Shown piece after piece: positions 35,729 to 50,639 of a stretch of 64,000 bases of DNA. Below the pieces are notes generated by a model. That model ran no database searches, had not been told where the DNA came from, and saw nothing but the letters and a program-made list of their open reading frames with translations. Source of the stretch: Octopus bimaculoides. Its lineage: Eukaryota. Made by a program: the position numbers and the translations under genes. The stretch is from assembly GCF_001194135.2 (NCBI RefSeq), contig NC_068994.1:37965508-38029507 (forward strand), in the 5' to 3' direction. Positions within the stretch are counted from its first letter, which is position 1. Each line of letters starts with the position of its first letter.

Positions 35729-38700
35729 TAAACATACAGCCATGTCTGTACCCTTCAAGCTGTGACTTCTGAAATTTCACTTTTCCACTACATTTTATTT
35801 CTCTTTGTAGTATCTGGTAATGATGCTACTACTAGGTATTGTTACGTGTGCGTGTCTGTTTGCATGTGTACAAGTATACAAGTGTGTGTGTGTACATATA
35901 TTTATGGTTTAATTCATTTGATTATGATGATTCTGGGATTCTTACATTTGTATAAATTGGAAGCCACCCTTTTTTTTAAATGTTATTTCACAAAAGGGAC
36001 TATAATCAATTTTTAAGAAATTTCTATTAAGTCTTACAAGTTTATAATTAATTTTATATATAGTCTATCATCGGAACTGTACAAAAATTGTATAAAACCA
36101 ATGTTGTGGTTATGCTGGTTTGGGTGTTCTGTTCACAAATGTGAGATAATGGGTTTGACTATGGGACTAGTGGTGTGTTATGTTCTTGTAGAAAACACTT
36201 CATCTCACATTGCTCTGTGACCACTTCAATATCTGATGTGTAGCGCACCAAGCATCTGTACAGGTAATGTCAATTTGACAGAATAGATGAACTTATGTAC
36301 AGCACAAGCATTTGATTGTTATATACAAATCGTTTCTGCAGGTTACTCAGCAAGAAATTTCAGAACCATCATTCTCTTGCAGTTCAACAAATGGATATTG
36401 AGGAGATATGTACCAGCTATCAATATATTGATGTACCAGATATTGATATATTCAGATATTGATGAAAGAAGTACTAGAGGTGATATCATAGATTAACCTC
36501 TTGAAGGTGGTGCGCAAGTGTGTCTGCACCCTAATCAGTGGAACTAGTAATGAAATATTAAAAGAACAATGTACAAAGAATCCTCATGTGAAGTTCTTTA
36601 CAAGAATGTGATGACAGAAGGAGATAGCTGTTGAGGCTTAATGGCAAGTAGCAGATACAAGAACAAACAGTTACCAAAAGTCATTCGCTGTCTTTGTAGC
36701 TGTTCAAAATACCAGCAGAAAGTTATGATAAGAAATAAAAAAAAAAAAAACACTTCATGCTGGTTTGGAAAGAAATCAAGGAACACACTACAAATTCAAA
36801 GATGTTTTGGGTTTGTGAAAATCAAAACAAGTAGCCTAGTGAAGAATTAGGAATCAGTTTCTGGTCTGGAGGAATTCCTTAATGTATACCTGTATATAAA
36901 TCTCACCTTTTACCTCAAAAATACTATGTAAAATAAAATACCACTATGTAACTTAGCAACTGAATATACAAATTTAAGTACATAACATATGGTACATAGT
37001 AAATATTAGTTTCTTCTTGTTCTTTAAATAAATACCATAATATTGTCATCAACATTTAACATCCACTTTCCCATGCTTGCATGAATCAAACAGAATTTGT
37101 TGAAGCAGATTTTATTTAGCCAGGCAGACACCTATCTTGTTGCTAGCTTTCATTTGTTTCCAAGCAAGGTAATATTTCCCACAGCCAGATGTCATTTCCA
37201 GAAGACTGGAAATGAGCAATATCACTTGTATGAAGGTGATGCTTGTTTACTGCCATAATGAGATGCCATGACAAGGGCACACACACATGCACACGACATA
37301 CATAATATGTGTGTGCTTGTGTCTGTCTGTCTGTGTGTGTGTGTGTATGTGCATGCTTGTTTGTGTATGCATGTGTGTGCATGTGTGTGTGCGTGTGTGT
37401 ATACATGTGATGGACTTCATTCAGTTTTAATATACCAAATTCAATCACAAGGAATTAGTTGGCCTGGTGTTAAAGTAGAGGACACTTGCTGAAGGTCTCA
37501 CACAATAGAACTGACCACATGATTGGGAAGGAAGTTCCTTATCGTCAAACCATACCTGTACTTATGCAGTACATTTTCATTACTTATTTACAAGACAATA
37601 ATTAATATTTAATAATTTCTGAATCCCTTAATTCTTTCTACTTTTGGCAAAGGACCAGCAATTTTTAGGGGAGGGGGTAAGTCAATTACATTGAGCCTAT
37701 AAAAGGTTTACAGGCAAAGCTAGCCTTGGGAGGATTTGAACTCAGAATGCAATGAGTTAGAAGATATGCAACTAATCATTTTGTTGAGGTATATACATGT
37801 GTGTATATATATGTATATATTCATATATTATATAATGTATGTATTTATACATGACTTTCGAACTTGATGCTACCAGATGAGGTTTTATCCTGTCCAACAG
37901 GAGGAATCAACTTAACTTTCTAACCTCCAACTGTCAACTACTTTTGATGACAAGTTGACATTCATTGATTTCAGTTCTTGAGTTTTTTTATGTATCTTAT
38001 TTATTGTTTATTTATTAGATATTTATATATTTATTTATTTTGCCTTACAGTACCTGTTGTTTTATTTTATGTAGGTACTGAGGAAGGGAATACTAAAACT
38101 AGTGATATTCTAATTAGCTTGAATTGAAGCAGTGACCTTTTTGTGTCATATTGAGTTTTTCTGCTGCTGTTTCACTAATTTTATTATTTTGTTAGACAGG
38201 AATAACACCCAATCCCAGATGTAAATCTAGACAGAACATTAACTAGTATATAAAATGTGAAATCTAAAGGCCTTTTAAATAGGTACACTTCCTTCCAACT
38301 AGTAAACAGACTTAGAATGTAATTTTTCCACAGAATAAACATGTATTTGTGTTGAAATGAGTAGGAAATATGATCTTATTTCTATAGAATACTTTTAGGA
38401 TTATCAAACAAGGAATGGTCAGATTGCTGATATGTTAAGGGAATGGCATCTTCAGGACTGTATATTGCTGATTAATGAAATCAGTACAAACAAATGCTTT
38501 GTAAGTGGGCTTGGCTACTGGAAATTTAATGTGTCATCTAGTCAAGGAAAATGTTTAGGTGTCTGTTGACTACTCTAATGAAAGGATAATTTGTTAAGAG
38601 CATTCTAAATTAGCAATGGTGGATACTTAAAAAAAAAACAAATGACAAAAAAACATTAAGACTAGCTGTAAGTTTGGAGGAAGATCCTAAAACAAAGGAA

Positions 38701-39196
38701 AATATGTGGAATAGTAGGAATAACGATAGGGAAATGAGGAGAGGCATTTAACATTGTGAGGGAGTTTAAGCTACCTCTAATCTATATTAGATGAGTTAAA
38801 TCATTTATCAAGATAAAATGCTGAAGATGTACTTCTGTTACCAATTAGTTTCTGTATAAGTTTATAAGGAAGCCTGTATGTGTTCACTCAGTTAGCAAAC
38901 AAATCTCCCACAAATTACACCTCTGATTGTCTTAAAAAATGATGCCTTGTAATACTTGCTTCAGCTCTTTGCATTCTGATAACAACAACACTTGACTGAA
39001 CAGAAGAAATATTTGAAAGTATGTTTTAGAATAAACTATGTATATTTTTTCATACTGTGTTCAGAATGTGTTTCTGCAAATGTGTTGCACATGTGAAGTT
39101 GAAGTCTGAAATCACATGGTGTAAACAGAGTGTGAAAGGTGGAAAAATTTAAATTTTCCAAATTTTATGTAAACTTGTCACTTCAGAGACTACTCA

Positions 39197-39228
<32 letters not shown>

Positions 39229-39977
39229 ATATGTGTATATTTGTATATGTGTATATTTGTATATGTATGTATATCTGTATATATATTTACTTATGTGTAT
39301 ACGTGAGTGTATTAACACGTGCGTGTGTCTCAAACTTTGTACAGACATCTGTACCTTGCTTTGCGTATGATATATGCACATATCTATCTTTGCTATGTAC
39401 GTATATTTATGTATATATACATGTGTTCACCTGCATATATGAGTTTCTATACATATATATGTATGTATTCATCTATATGTGTGCATATGCACATGTATCT
39501 AGTTGTATGTATATACTTATATACTTGGATGTGCATGTGTGAGTGTGTATGCATATGTGCGTACATATATGTATCTATGTATGTATATGTGCATCTAAGC
39601 ACAAACACAAAAAATTTTCCTCTAAGTATTATCTTCCTTTCAACTTCTACATCCTTTTCTTTCTCATAACAGTTACAATAGCAAAGGCTTATTACATCAT
39701 TTTCTCTAAACTAGAATGTATAATTTTCACTTTCATATTTGAATTTTTTGCATTTCAACTTTTCTCTGTTTTTTACTCATTCTCAGAGACAAATAGGCAG
39801 CATTGCACCTAAGAACTCATGCTGTGGCTTCTATAACTTCAGGAAGTTGAACTATGAACTTTTATGCTTCTTTTTTCTTCTCTCTTCCCACCTCCTAATT
39901 CTTTTACTCCCTTCCTCTATGTTGTCATCATATTAATATATACCATTCTCATTTTCCATATTTCTTTTTCCTCCTAT

Positions 39978-40035
39978 TTGTCTCTGATGATGGAATATCC
40001 CATACTAAGGGATATCCCAGAAACAGCTGTACGAT
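39978..40035 (+). ncRNA. Hammerhead-like motif with an 11-bp stem II and palindromic stem III; stem I degenerate
   Basis: CTGATGA (39984-39990), TGGAATATCCC-ATACTAA-GGGATATCCCA, GAAAC-AGCT-GTA. Confidence 0.5.
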
Positions 40036-40681
40036 TTTGAATTTCTTCCTACAATAATATTGTATATGACTTGGGATGTTTGCCTTGCCTTAATGTTTGA
40101 CATCCTGTTTAACAATTTATATATATATATATAGTTTTATCTTATCTCCACATTATTAATACAATTATTTCTTAAAATACATCAATAATGGATCTTCAAG
40201 CAAGATAGCTACTAGAATACACAATGAAGATAGTTCAGCACAATAAAACTTAATAACATATAGATTTAACAACTTAAAACAAACAATATGTAGCATATAT
40301 TAAAATAAAATTTACTTTTCATGCTGGAAAATACCTTTCAGCAAAAGCATAGTGCTCATGAAAATGTAGCTCAAGTATACGTATATATGTGTGAAAATAT
40401 ATATGTATATATATATGTGTGGCGAATGGAGCAACAAATACAAGAAGAAGCAATTCTGTTGGGCTAGTTAGCCGTTGTTTTATTATGTGGAGGTTATGGT
40501 TGCTTGGATGCTTCAGACTACCCCTGAAGGATTGAGGCAAGCCTATCATTTACCTATATATATATATATACACACACACACATACATACATATATATATA
40601 CATATACATACATATATATACACATACAAATGTATATATATACATACATGCATACATACATACATACATACNNNNNNNNNN

Positions 40682-40725
<44 letters not shown>

Positions 40726-41538
40726 TGTATACATACATAAATATATATTGTACACACATACATATATATATATAAATACATACATACATAGTATATATAT
40801 ATATACATATACATATATGTACACACAGAAAGATAGATAGATAGATATTAATACATACACACATACATACATATAAATAGATACAGTTTTATAAAGTTCA
40901 AATACCCATGCATTCTGCAGCTGTTAAAATTTTAGGTGATTCCATTCATCTAAAAATGCAATGCATTTACAGAAATACATTGCAGCCTGCTATGAAATAT
41001 ATATTTTAATTTAATGCATATGCCTTGAATATTTTTTTTATTCAGTTAAAACTACATATATTAAGTTATGTAGGAGTGAACCAAGTTTATTGTGAGCTCA
41101 AGTAATTTTTTTTTTACTTGAAAATGCATTCCTAAAGTACTTTTGCCAAATGTGTGTGTATATATGTATGTTTGTATGTATGTATGTATGTATGTATGTA
41201 TGTATGCGTGTGTGCATGCATGTATGTATGTATGTATAGATGGATGGATGGATGTGTGCATGCATGCATGCATGGATGTATGTAGGTATGTATGAATGTA
41301 TATAGATAAATACACAGAGTTTTAAAGTTATATTGTTTTTTTTATATTAAATTACATATGTATGTAATATATATCTGTCTGCATATATATGGCATTTTTT
41401 TGCAATGAAAGGTTTGCTTCCTAACTACATGATTCCAGGTTCAATCCCACTGCATGACATCTTGGGCAAGTGTCTTCTACTATAGCCTTGGGCTGGCCAA
41501 AGAGTGAATTTGGTAGGCAGTAACTGAAAGAAGCCTAT

Positions 41539-41577
<39 letters not shown>

Positions 41578-41675
41578 NNNNNNNNNNNNNNNNNNNNNNN
41601 NNNNNNNNNNNNNNNNNNNNNNNNNNNNNNNNNNNNNNNNNNNNNNNNNNNNNNNNNNNNNNNNNNNNNNNNNNN

Positions 41676-41715
<40 letters not shown>

Positions 41716-42126
41716 ATATAGTTTTAGGGAAAATAACCAAGTTTCAAGAACTCATCAATGAAAATCCACTATCACATATAAGCTCAATTTAATTTTAATT
41801 TTTTTATAAATTGATTTTAATTGAGTTTTTACCTGTAATTTTGGATTTTGTCCCTAATATTATATATATATGTATATATATATATATATATATTTGCGCA
41901 CTCGTGTATGTGTTTGTTGTCTTGGTGTCAGTGTCTGTCTTCCATCACTGCTTGACAACTGGTGTTGGTATGTTTATGGCCCTGTAATTCAGAAGTTCAG
42001 TGAAAGATACTGATAGAATAAGTATCAGTCTTAAAAAAAGAAGTCAGTATTAGGGTTGATGTGTTTGACTAAAGTTCAAGTTGGTGCCTCAGCATGGCCT
42101 CAGTCTAATAGTCCAAGCAAGCAATA

Positions 42127-42720
42127 CAGGGTGGGGCAGTGAGGATGGACGTTTTGAAATGGCTATTACTCAGCCCCAGTGGGAGGGACATATGTCTGAC
42201 AGGTACCATTCAGTCTGTACTGTCTTAGCAACTTATTTTTTCTTTTCAGCTGAGGTCATAGTGTTGTAGATGATAGAGCATTGTGTGTTTGTCTATGACA
42301 GTTAGGTGAAGAATAAGTCTGTCACAGCAGCTCAGCATGAGTTTCAGTGTCAATTCAACATTCACCAAAATCAGGCTGTTCCCACAATATTACATTGGGT
42401 GAATGAACTCCTTACAAGAGGTACTCTAATGAATAGGAGACCAGTGGGGGAGTCATGAGTGGTATAGATCCTGGAAAATGTAGAATGCATTAGACAAGCT
42501 TTGATAGAGAGCCTGAGTTGCTTTGCTGGAGGCATTCCACTAAACTTAGCACCAGTAATCAATTGGTAAGGCGTATTTTGCTTGAAGACCTGCATTTCCA
42601 CCCATACAAATTGGGTCATTGGGCAACAGTTGAAACCAAGGGGCTCTGCACAGAGCAAAGCTGGAGACAGTGGAGGTCAACTTCCAAGAACACATTCAGT
42701 TATACAAGATCTTCTTGATT
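42127..42720 (+). mobile_element. Tc1/mariner-superfamily element with a DUF4817-type HTH N-terminus; catalytic core deleted
   Basis: TA|CAGGGTGGGGCA terminus; remnants EHCVFVYDS*VKNKSVTAAQHEFQCQFNIH and VRRILLEDLHFHPYKL. Confidence 0.7.
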
Positions 42721-42739
42721 GTGTTGAGGAAGATGAAAA

Positions 42740-43019
42740 CTTTTTGAAAACTTTGTGTTGGCCCCTGAGCAGGTATCACTAAGCTTTTGACAAAATTTGA
42801 TGCTGATTCTCTGCTCAACTTTGTCATGGTAAATGCAACAATTACACGCTACACACCTTCCTTCCAGGCACTGCTGTAAACAGCGGAAGTGAGGTAAAAT
42901 GTTAAAACTTAGTGCACATGCACAACAGAGTTCAAGGTCAATGTGCCAAGCAGCTTTACTCTGCATGCTTTAGCTTCGTTACTATGACAACAATCCAGAT
43001 ACTTACTGATCAGACCACA
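42740..43019 (-). mobile_element. 5' fragment of a mariner element
   Basis: TA|TGTGGTCTGATCAGTAAGTATCTGGA TIR and N-terminal DKVEQRISIKFCQKLSDTC. Confidence 0.7.
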
Positions 43020-43045
43020 TACATGTGTGTGTGTGTGTGTATATC

Positions 43046-43106
<61 letters not shown>

Positions 43107-43794
43107 NNNNNNNNNNNNNNNNNNNNNNNNNNNNNNNNNNNNNNNNNNNNNNNNNNNNNNNNNNNNNNNNNNNNNNNNNNNNNNNNNNNNNNNNNNNNNN
43201 NNNNNNNNNNNNNNNNNNNNNNNNNNNNNNNNNNNNNNNNNNNNNNNNNNNNNNNNNNNNNNNNNNNNNNNNNNNNNNNNNNNNNNNNNNNNNNNNNNNN
43301 NNNNNNNNNNNNNNNNNNNNNNNNNNNNNNNNNNNNNNNNNNNNNNNNNNNNNNNNNNNNNNNNNNNNNNNNNNNNNNNNNNNNNNNNNNNNNNNNNNNN
43401 NNNNNNNNNNNNNNNNNNNNNNNNNNNNNNNNNNNNNNNNNNNNNNNNNNNNNNNNNNNNNNNNNNNNNNNNNNNNNNNNNNNNNNNNNNNNNNNNNNNN
43501 NNNNNNNNNNNNNNNNNNNNNNNNNNNNNNNNNNNNNNNNNNNNNNNNNNNNNNNNNNNNNNNNNNNNNNNNNNNNNNNNNNNNNNNNNNNNNNNNNNNN
43601 NNNNNNNNNNNNNNNNNNNNNNNNNNNNNNNNNNNNNNNNNNNNNNNNNNNNNNNNNNNNNNNNNNNNNNNNNNNNNNNNNNNNNNNNNNNNNNNNNNNN
43701 NNNNNNNNNNNNNNNNNNNNNNNNNNNNNNNNNNNNNNNNNNNNNNNNNNNNNNNNNNNNNNNNNNNNNNNNNNNNNNNNNNNNNNNNNNNNNN
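43107..43794. other. Largest assembly gap (13 N-runs in the window, mostly flanked by microsatellites)
   Basis: Other gaps: 6349-6561, 9268-9418, 10591-10600, 25597-25606, 26629-26942, 33369-33378, 40672-40681, 41578-41675, 44206-44215, 56072-56272, 59515-59809, 61089-61260. Confidence 0.98.
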
Positions 43795-44167
43795 ATATAT
43801 ATATATATATATATATATTATGAGAGAGAAAGTGAAAGAGAGAGAGAGTGGGAGAAAGGGACAAACAGGGGAAAAAAAGAAGTAGAGACAAGGAGACAGA
43901 GATGAAATGTAGGTCAGAGCTGATATATTAGCTCCCACAGCTAATTTCACATGTGTTCATGTGAGAACTGTTATGCTTGATATGTTTACATGGGCTCAGA
44001 CATACACATATGCTCATGTATATACAGATACATGTATGTACACTAGTGATTATTTTCTATGTGTGTATATTTAACTATGTGTATGTCTATGTCTAATTCT
44101 ATGCCATGTGTGCGTACATGAATGCATATGTATGTGCATATTATTTTTTGTATGCGTGTGTGTGTAC

Positions 44168-44205
<38 letters not shown>

Positions 44206-44215
44206 NNNNNNNNNN

Positions 44216-44256
<41 letters not shown>

Positions 44257-44533
44257 ATCAAAGTATATAACCCTGGAGCCCAAGAGACACAGACAAATGG
44301 TAGTTGGTCTGCAATAGTCAGTTCAATAAAGTTCACAAACTGGAATAAAGTTCACAGAAATGGAATAAAGTTCACGTCGCCTGAAGAGACATGTTATCTG
44401 ATGTTTTCTCAGGATTTCCAGTGGAGTTCTTCCTTAGAAGAGAAAAGTAATGAAAGGATAAAAGGTTATATGTTTTTAATATGTAAGAAATCAATATGAA
44501 TATATATATACATATAGAGGAGCTCATCTATGA

Positions 44534-44571
<38 letters not shown>

Positions 44572-44591
44572 GTATGTATATATACACACAC

Positions 44592-44681
<90 letters not shown>

Positions 44682-45084
44682 TCCATATCACCATGCCATG
44701 GCATTCTTAAGATACAAATGTAGGTACAATTAAAAATCTTAAAAACTCAGGAATACATAAAAAAAACACTAACCAAGTAACCAACACACACACACACACA
44801 TACATTTATAAGCATTATGATAGCATATCCCTATAGATATAAAATGTCAGTAGTCAAATACTTAGATATATGCTTCTAAATTTTTTATCCATAAAAGAAG
44901 CTTTAAATATAGAAATCTTATGAAGAGAGAAACAAATGGTATTTAATAATGGATGTTCAATATGTTAGTAGTCTATGCTACGGAACACCACAAGAAGTAA
45001 TTCAGCCCTACAGATACAGTAGATACAATATGTAGTAAGTGTACACAAGCCACATATAGTCAATACATATAGTAAAATAATTAT

Positions 45085-45830
45085 CTTTTCTATAATAGAC
45101 ACAAGGTCAGAAATTTGGGGTGAGATGTTAAGTCAGTTACTTCAACCACAGTGCTTAACATTTTTTTTTATTTTATCAACCTTCAAAAGATGTAAGGCAA
45201 AGTCAGCCTCAGCAAAATTTGAACTCTGAACGTAAGGGCAAAAGAGATGTTACTAAATATTTCATCCATTGTTCAAATGATTCAACTAGCACTTATCCCC
45301 TCGTAGTATGATGATGATGATGATGATGATGATGATAATTATGATAGTAATTTCAAATTTTGGTACAAAGCCAGCAAGTTCAGGAGATGGGCTAAGTTGA
45401 TTACATTGACCGCCAAGTGATCAACTGGTACTTATTTCATCGACCTTGAGTGGCAAAATCCACCTCAGCAGAATTTGAACTCAGAACACAATGATGGACA
45501 AATGCTGCTAAGTATTTTACCCAACCTGCTAATGATTCCACCAGTTTGCCACCTTTATAATAATAATAATAATAATAATAATAATCATTATTATCATTAT
45601 CATCCTTTTTCCTGAAGGCACAAGGCCTGAAATTTTGGGGGAAGGGACAACTTGATTACATCAACCCCAGCACTTACCTGGTACTTAATTTATCGACCCT
45701 GGAGGAGTTTGAACTCAGAACATAGCGATGGACAAAATACTGCTAAGTATTTTGCCTGGGTGCTAACAATTCTGCCACCTAACTGCCTTCTTAATAATAA
45801 TAATAATAATAATAATAAGGAAATGTTACC
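45085..45830 (-). mobile_element. Chain of three family-B SINEs separated by (GAT)n/(AAT)n tracts
   Basis: Copies at about 45085-45300, 45351-45556 and 45612-45790, each with gaatttgaactc(a/t)gaac. Confidence 0.75.
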
Positions 45831-47081
45831 TAGTTAGAGAATAGATGAATATTTCATTAAAAAAGAACACAGGAAACAAAATAACATGTATTCACAGGCT
45901 GATCATTAGAATATATTATGAAAATGACAGACTGAAAATCCTCCTCATTAAGATAATACCACAAAATGGCAAGTCACAGAACATGCTTCGGACAACCAAT
46001 ATAATATACCAATTTCAATGCAAGCACAAAAGGTGTAAACATCATAATCTAACCATTATTTCAGATGGTCCAACCCATGTCAGCATGGAAAACGGACATT
46101 TAATGAAGACGACGATGACACAGATTCAACACTTGCTCATCCATTGACTATGCATTTACAAGAAAGACACATAGCAATATATTATATTATAAGTTTCTCT
46201 ATACAGTGCAAAACTAAATAGAGAAACATCACTTGATAGCATTACTATTTCAACAGAAAAAACAAGAGGATAAATGAAGGAAGTTGTTTTGATAACAAAA
46301 ATACAAATCAAAAATGAAATAAATACCCAGATACAGAAATAATAGTTAAACAATTTAAAATCCAACAGTGATTTTTTTTTTTAATAACAGTATTCCCAAG
46401 ATCCTTTGTTGCCTACTGCAAACTGCACCAACCATACGTTACTACTCTCATATCATTTAGTTAATGAAATTGAGAAAGTATTAGAGGATTAGGATTGTTA
46501 CTGCTCCAAAATAAATATGAGACAAATAAGGAAATATGAAACATTTTCGCTAAAAATCATACTCAAACATATGTATCTTCTATGTAATATATTTGAAAGT
46601 AAAGTTCCACATATATACACACACATGAGCATACAGCACACACATGCCCACATATGCTGTATTATTATTGCTGTAAAAAAATGGTCAAAACTAGGTGCAG
46701 AATAAGGACCAGTTTCCTCTTATAGTTCTCCACAGACTATCATGCAAAGAAATCCATTCTCATTCAGGTTTTCTTTTTGCTAACAGCTATATATAACATT
46801 ACAGCAACTCACAGCTATACCATTCGCCTATCAACCAATACACAACAGCTTGATCTGACTTACAGAGTTCAAATTTAAAATAAGAAGAAACGCAGAATTT
46901 TCTGTTACAAGCCATCACAGCTTAAACTGCTACCATAAGCCAAGAGTACTGACTTTTACCAGCCAATGTAGCTTACAATTGGACAGCCTTCGTGCATTGC
47001 GAAAACAGAATCTCTAGTTGAAAGGGGACTTTTCATATAGATGATCTCAATAACAGATACATGTTTAGCTCAGCAATTTAC

Positions 47082-47181
47082 CTGAATAATTTATTGCTAT
47101 GGGTGTTCAACCAAAGCAGTAAATTATTTCTGCCAATTGTCGTAAAAACTACATTGATTTTCTTTGCTTTTTCATGCAGCT
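47082..47181 (-). other. Candidate 100-nt exon (unknown gene or protocadherin 5'UTR)
   Basis: tttcctcttttCAG| ... CAG|GTAAAT; one open frame, LHEKAKKINVVFTTIGRNNLLLWLNTHSNKLF. No homology recognised. Confidence 0.3.
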
Positions 47182-48176
47182 CTGAAAAGAGGAAACTGTA
47201 ATTCACATATACTCTGTATAATGCTTTTTTCTATAAACCAACCACTTAATAAACATTGATACACAAATACACACATATACATAAACACACTCACACACAT
47301 ATATTTCATTGTACTCTTTCTATTGTATTTGTTATATGTATGTATGCATATATGTATACATGTGTATATGCATGTGTATGTCTCTCTGCACATACACATA
47401 CATTTGAGGTTATACATAAATACCGACTGAATCACACCTATATATGAACAGAAGCAAACATAAACACTAGAGTATGTACAACATTATAAATATTTGAATT
47501 TTTACCTTTCATTCAGTTGCATTTACTTACAAACACACAAACACACACACACACATGATTGCATTCATATACATATTTCTATTTGGAACACACACATGGA
47601 ATAATGTCTCTTAAAATTATTAGCTTAGTCATTACAGGCAATTATACATGCAGAATGACACAAATAGACACACACTCAAACACACATATACACACGCACA
47701 CATACACACATATACACACATGTTTTATATATATATATATATATATGTGAGTGCATACATATATGTGTGTGTGTGTGTGTGTGTAAAGGATATAAGGAGT
47801 TTTCATCAGGATGACTCAAACTTGAACAGTATATATCTAATAAAACCTCTTACCTGTCTATCTTTTCTCTTACCAGAATGTATTATTTATTCTGCCTCTC
47901 AGTATTTGCACATCTTTGGAACTGCTAGCATTCATGTTCCCTCAGTATGGAGTACTCACTACATAACCATTCTCTCTTTCATTCCTCTCAACATGCTGTA
48001 CTACCTAACCATCCTTTCTGATCATGGATTTACCTAAAGAAGATATGATCTAACTGGATTTAATTGGACCCTCCCACCCTCCTGGACATAATGAACCACA
48101 ACAAATATCATTGAAGAACTTTCTTCCACTGTCTAACCTATGTCTTTCCAATGATCGAATAACCAATTTACAGACT

Positions 48177-48230
48177 TCTTTTGATATGATGCTCCAATAG
48201 CTGGGATATCCCAGAAATAGCTGTCAAAGA
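48177..48230 (+). other. Partly deleted hammerhead remnant of the same family as 39978
   Basis: Shares GGGATATCCCAGAAA(T)AGCTGT. Stem I TCTTT/AAAGA and a GUC triplet are kept; the core and the 5' arm of stem II are disrupted. Confidence 0.4.
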
Positions 48231-48634
48231 TTACTTTTTACTATTTTTTCCCATTCGTCATATGGCTAAATTAAATTGAATTAAATTAAATTAAGTGTCC
48301 TTGTCATGCCTTGCCTAATTGTTTACCTTTTTCCAATACTTTAAGCTATATATATATATATATATATATACATATATATATAATGCAAGAAAGTATACTA
48401 GTCTTTAATATTTAATATTCAATATTTCATTTATTCAATAAGACAATCAATACTTCATTTCATTTTACTATCATCATCATCATTCTATATCCTACATTAA
48501 TATTATAAGAATATAGATAAAACATAAAAAACAGACAGTGTTGGAATTCTTTTGAATAATATATTCCTCTATATCCCTTTATATATACATATATATATAT
48601 ATACACATATATATATATACATATATATATATAT

Positions 48635-48669
<35 letters not shown>

Positions 48670-49384
48670 CACATGTATTTATTCATATTTTACTTCTTTC
48701 AATCATTAGACTGTGGCCATGCTAGACTCTGTCTTGAAAGATTTTAAATGAACGAATTGACTCCAGGACTTAGTTCCTTTTTAAAACCTGACACTTATTC
48801 TATTGGTTTCTTTTGCCTATCTGCTAAGTAATAGAAACATGAGCACGCCAACACCAGTTGTCAAGTGGTGGATGGAGACAAACACAAGTACAAAGACACT
48901 CACACATAGCTATTTATATGCAGCAGGCTTCTTTCAGTTTCCATCAACCAAATCCACTCAGTATGACACATTAACAAGATTTTTTTTTTATGAGTACTAC
49001 TACATTACTTGAATCCATATGTTGTGATTTAAATATATATATATATATATTTATATATGTATATACATACATACACATGCACACATATATGTATGTATAT
49101 TTATATGTGTGTATGCTTATGGGATTTATGTAAACATATTAAACCTGACATGTAAACTGGCCAGTCTAGCATCAAAACAGTAGCCATTTACTGAAGTATT
49201 ATATCATTATACACCAGACTGCATGCATTAAATTGACATATTTATAATGAATTTTAAACATTGTCAGATAACAAATTTACTTGGTGATAGACAAATAACT
49301 TAGATATGTTTTGGCCAAAAATTGGCCCAGGCCATGTCTAACTTAATCGCACCACCTGATAGGATCCGTTTAGTCATTTTAAAT

Positions 49385-49830
49385 CAATTTTTATGGTATT
49401 ACGGCCCGTTCAAGTAGGGAGTTGTTGAGTAAGATGTACCCAGGTGTAAATGGCTTATCTGGCACCCTTTGAAGAAATTTGTCCAGGTTTCGTTTGAAGG
49501 CGATGGTATCATGTTCTTTGAATAGTTTTGGAATAATAGTTAAATAGAGCAGGAAAAAGGAAAAGAAATTGTATTGCAGTGAATTTATGTGTTGTGATTC
49601 TGAATTATGTAGGGGGCATATGGCATGTAGTCCCAGCCTTGGGGACGTCATGGAATAAAACCATAGATACTGTAAAAGAGGATGATAGCGTGAAGGAAGT
49701 CACAAAAAAAATAAGAAAAGAGGCATAAATTAAAGAAAAGAAAGAATGGCTCATACATTACAGGGCAGACAGAAGATGGCACATATTGTTCAAGCACCAG
49801 TTCTGGATATTGGATATACAAGTATGGCAT
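49385..49830 (-). mobile_element. CR1-like LINE ORF2 3' fragment, pseudogenised
   Basis: PRLGLHAI...IIPKLFKE...FKRNLDKFLQRVPDKPFTPGY...NSLLE is typical of CR1-group C-termini. Confidence 0.7.
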
Positions 49831-50176
49831 TGTCCCTTTGACTAACCATGCTTATTTGCTGAATATGCTGTATTCAGCAAGAAGCCTTTACAGGAGTTTA
49901 CAACAGTCAGCACTTTATTCTGATAACAAGGCTGTGGAAGTTTGGAAATGCTACTTGGGTTAGAAACATTACTCACAGACTTCACATAAAATGTGAATAA
50001 AAAAAAATTGAAAAAAAAAATCATTAATAGGAAAATTAAACTCAAACACAGTCAGCTTTGCAATATGTAAACTGCTTGAAAGAAAAACTGTTCACAACAT
50101 ACACAAACCTGTCTACCCACCTACCTCCCACCTCTCTCTCTCTTTCTCTCTCTCACACACACACACACATGTACAT

Positions 50177-50217
<41 letters not shown>

Positions 50218-50341
50218 TATGTATTTCTGAATGACTATTTAATGTTTGTTCATTTACAAATGTAGCTGAATGCATTCCATCCACATCAGCAAATATAAGT
50301 ATATACACCACCCCCAACAACTACCTCCACCCCTCCACTAT

Positions 50342-50372
<31 letters not shown>

Positions 50373-50639
50373 CGCGTGCACACACATGTGTATATATACA
50401 TTACTTGGTTTGTGTTTGCATGCATGTTTGAGTTTTGCTTATGACAACATGTCTATACATATTTATGCAACTGTATGTCTCTGTATGTGAAGCTGTGTAT
50501 TTGAGTGTGTGTGTGTGTGTGTATGTGTGTACAAGTGTGCTTGACAACAAACTTCCTTGAAATCGAGATACTTGATTTGAGTTTCCTGTTCTGGAAATGC
50601 CTCACTTCAGTACTTTTTCAAGTAATATTGTTAGACAGC

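Noticed and set aside
38380-38830. Possible ancient LINE endonuclease remnant (GDFNLP-like text near 38760)
   Set aside because: Too degenerate to support by eye.
44323-44376. Three copies of AATAAAGTTCAC spaced 19-20 bp apart
   Set aside because: A short local tandem repeat with no unique spacers; not CRISPR-like, and the window is eukaryotic.
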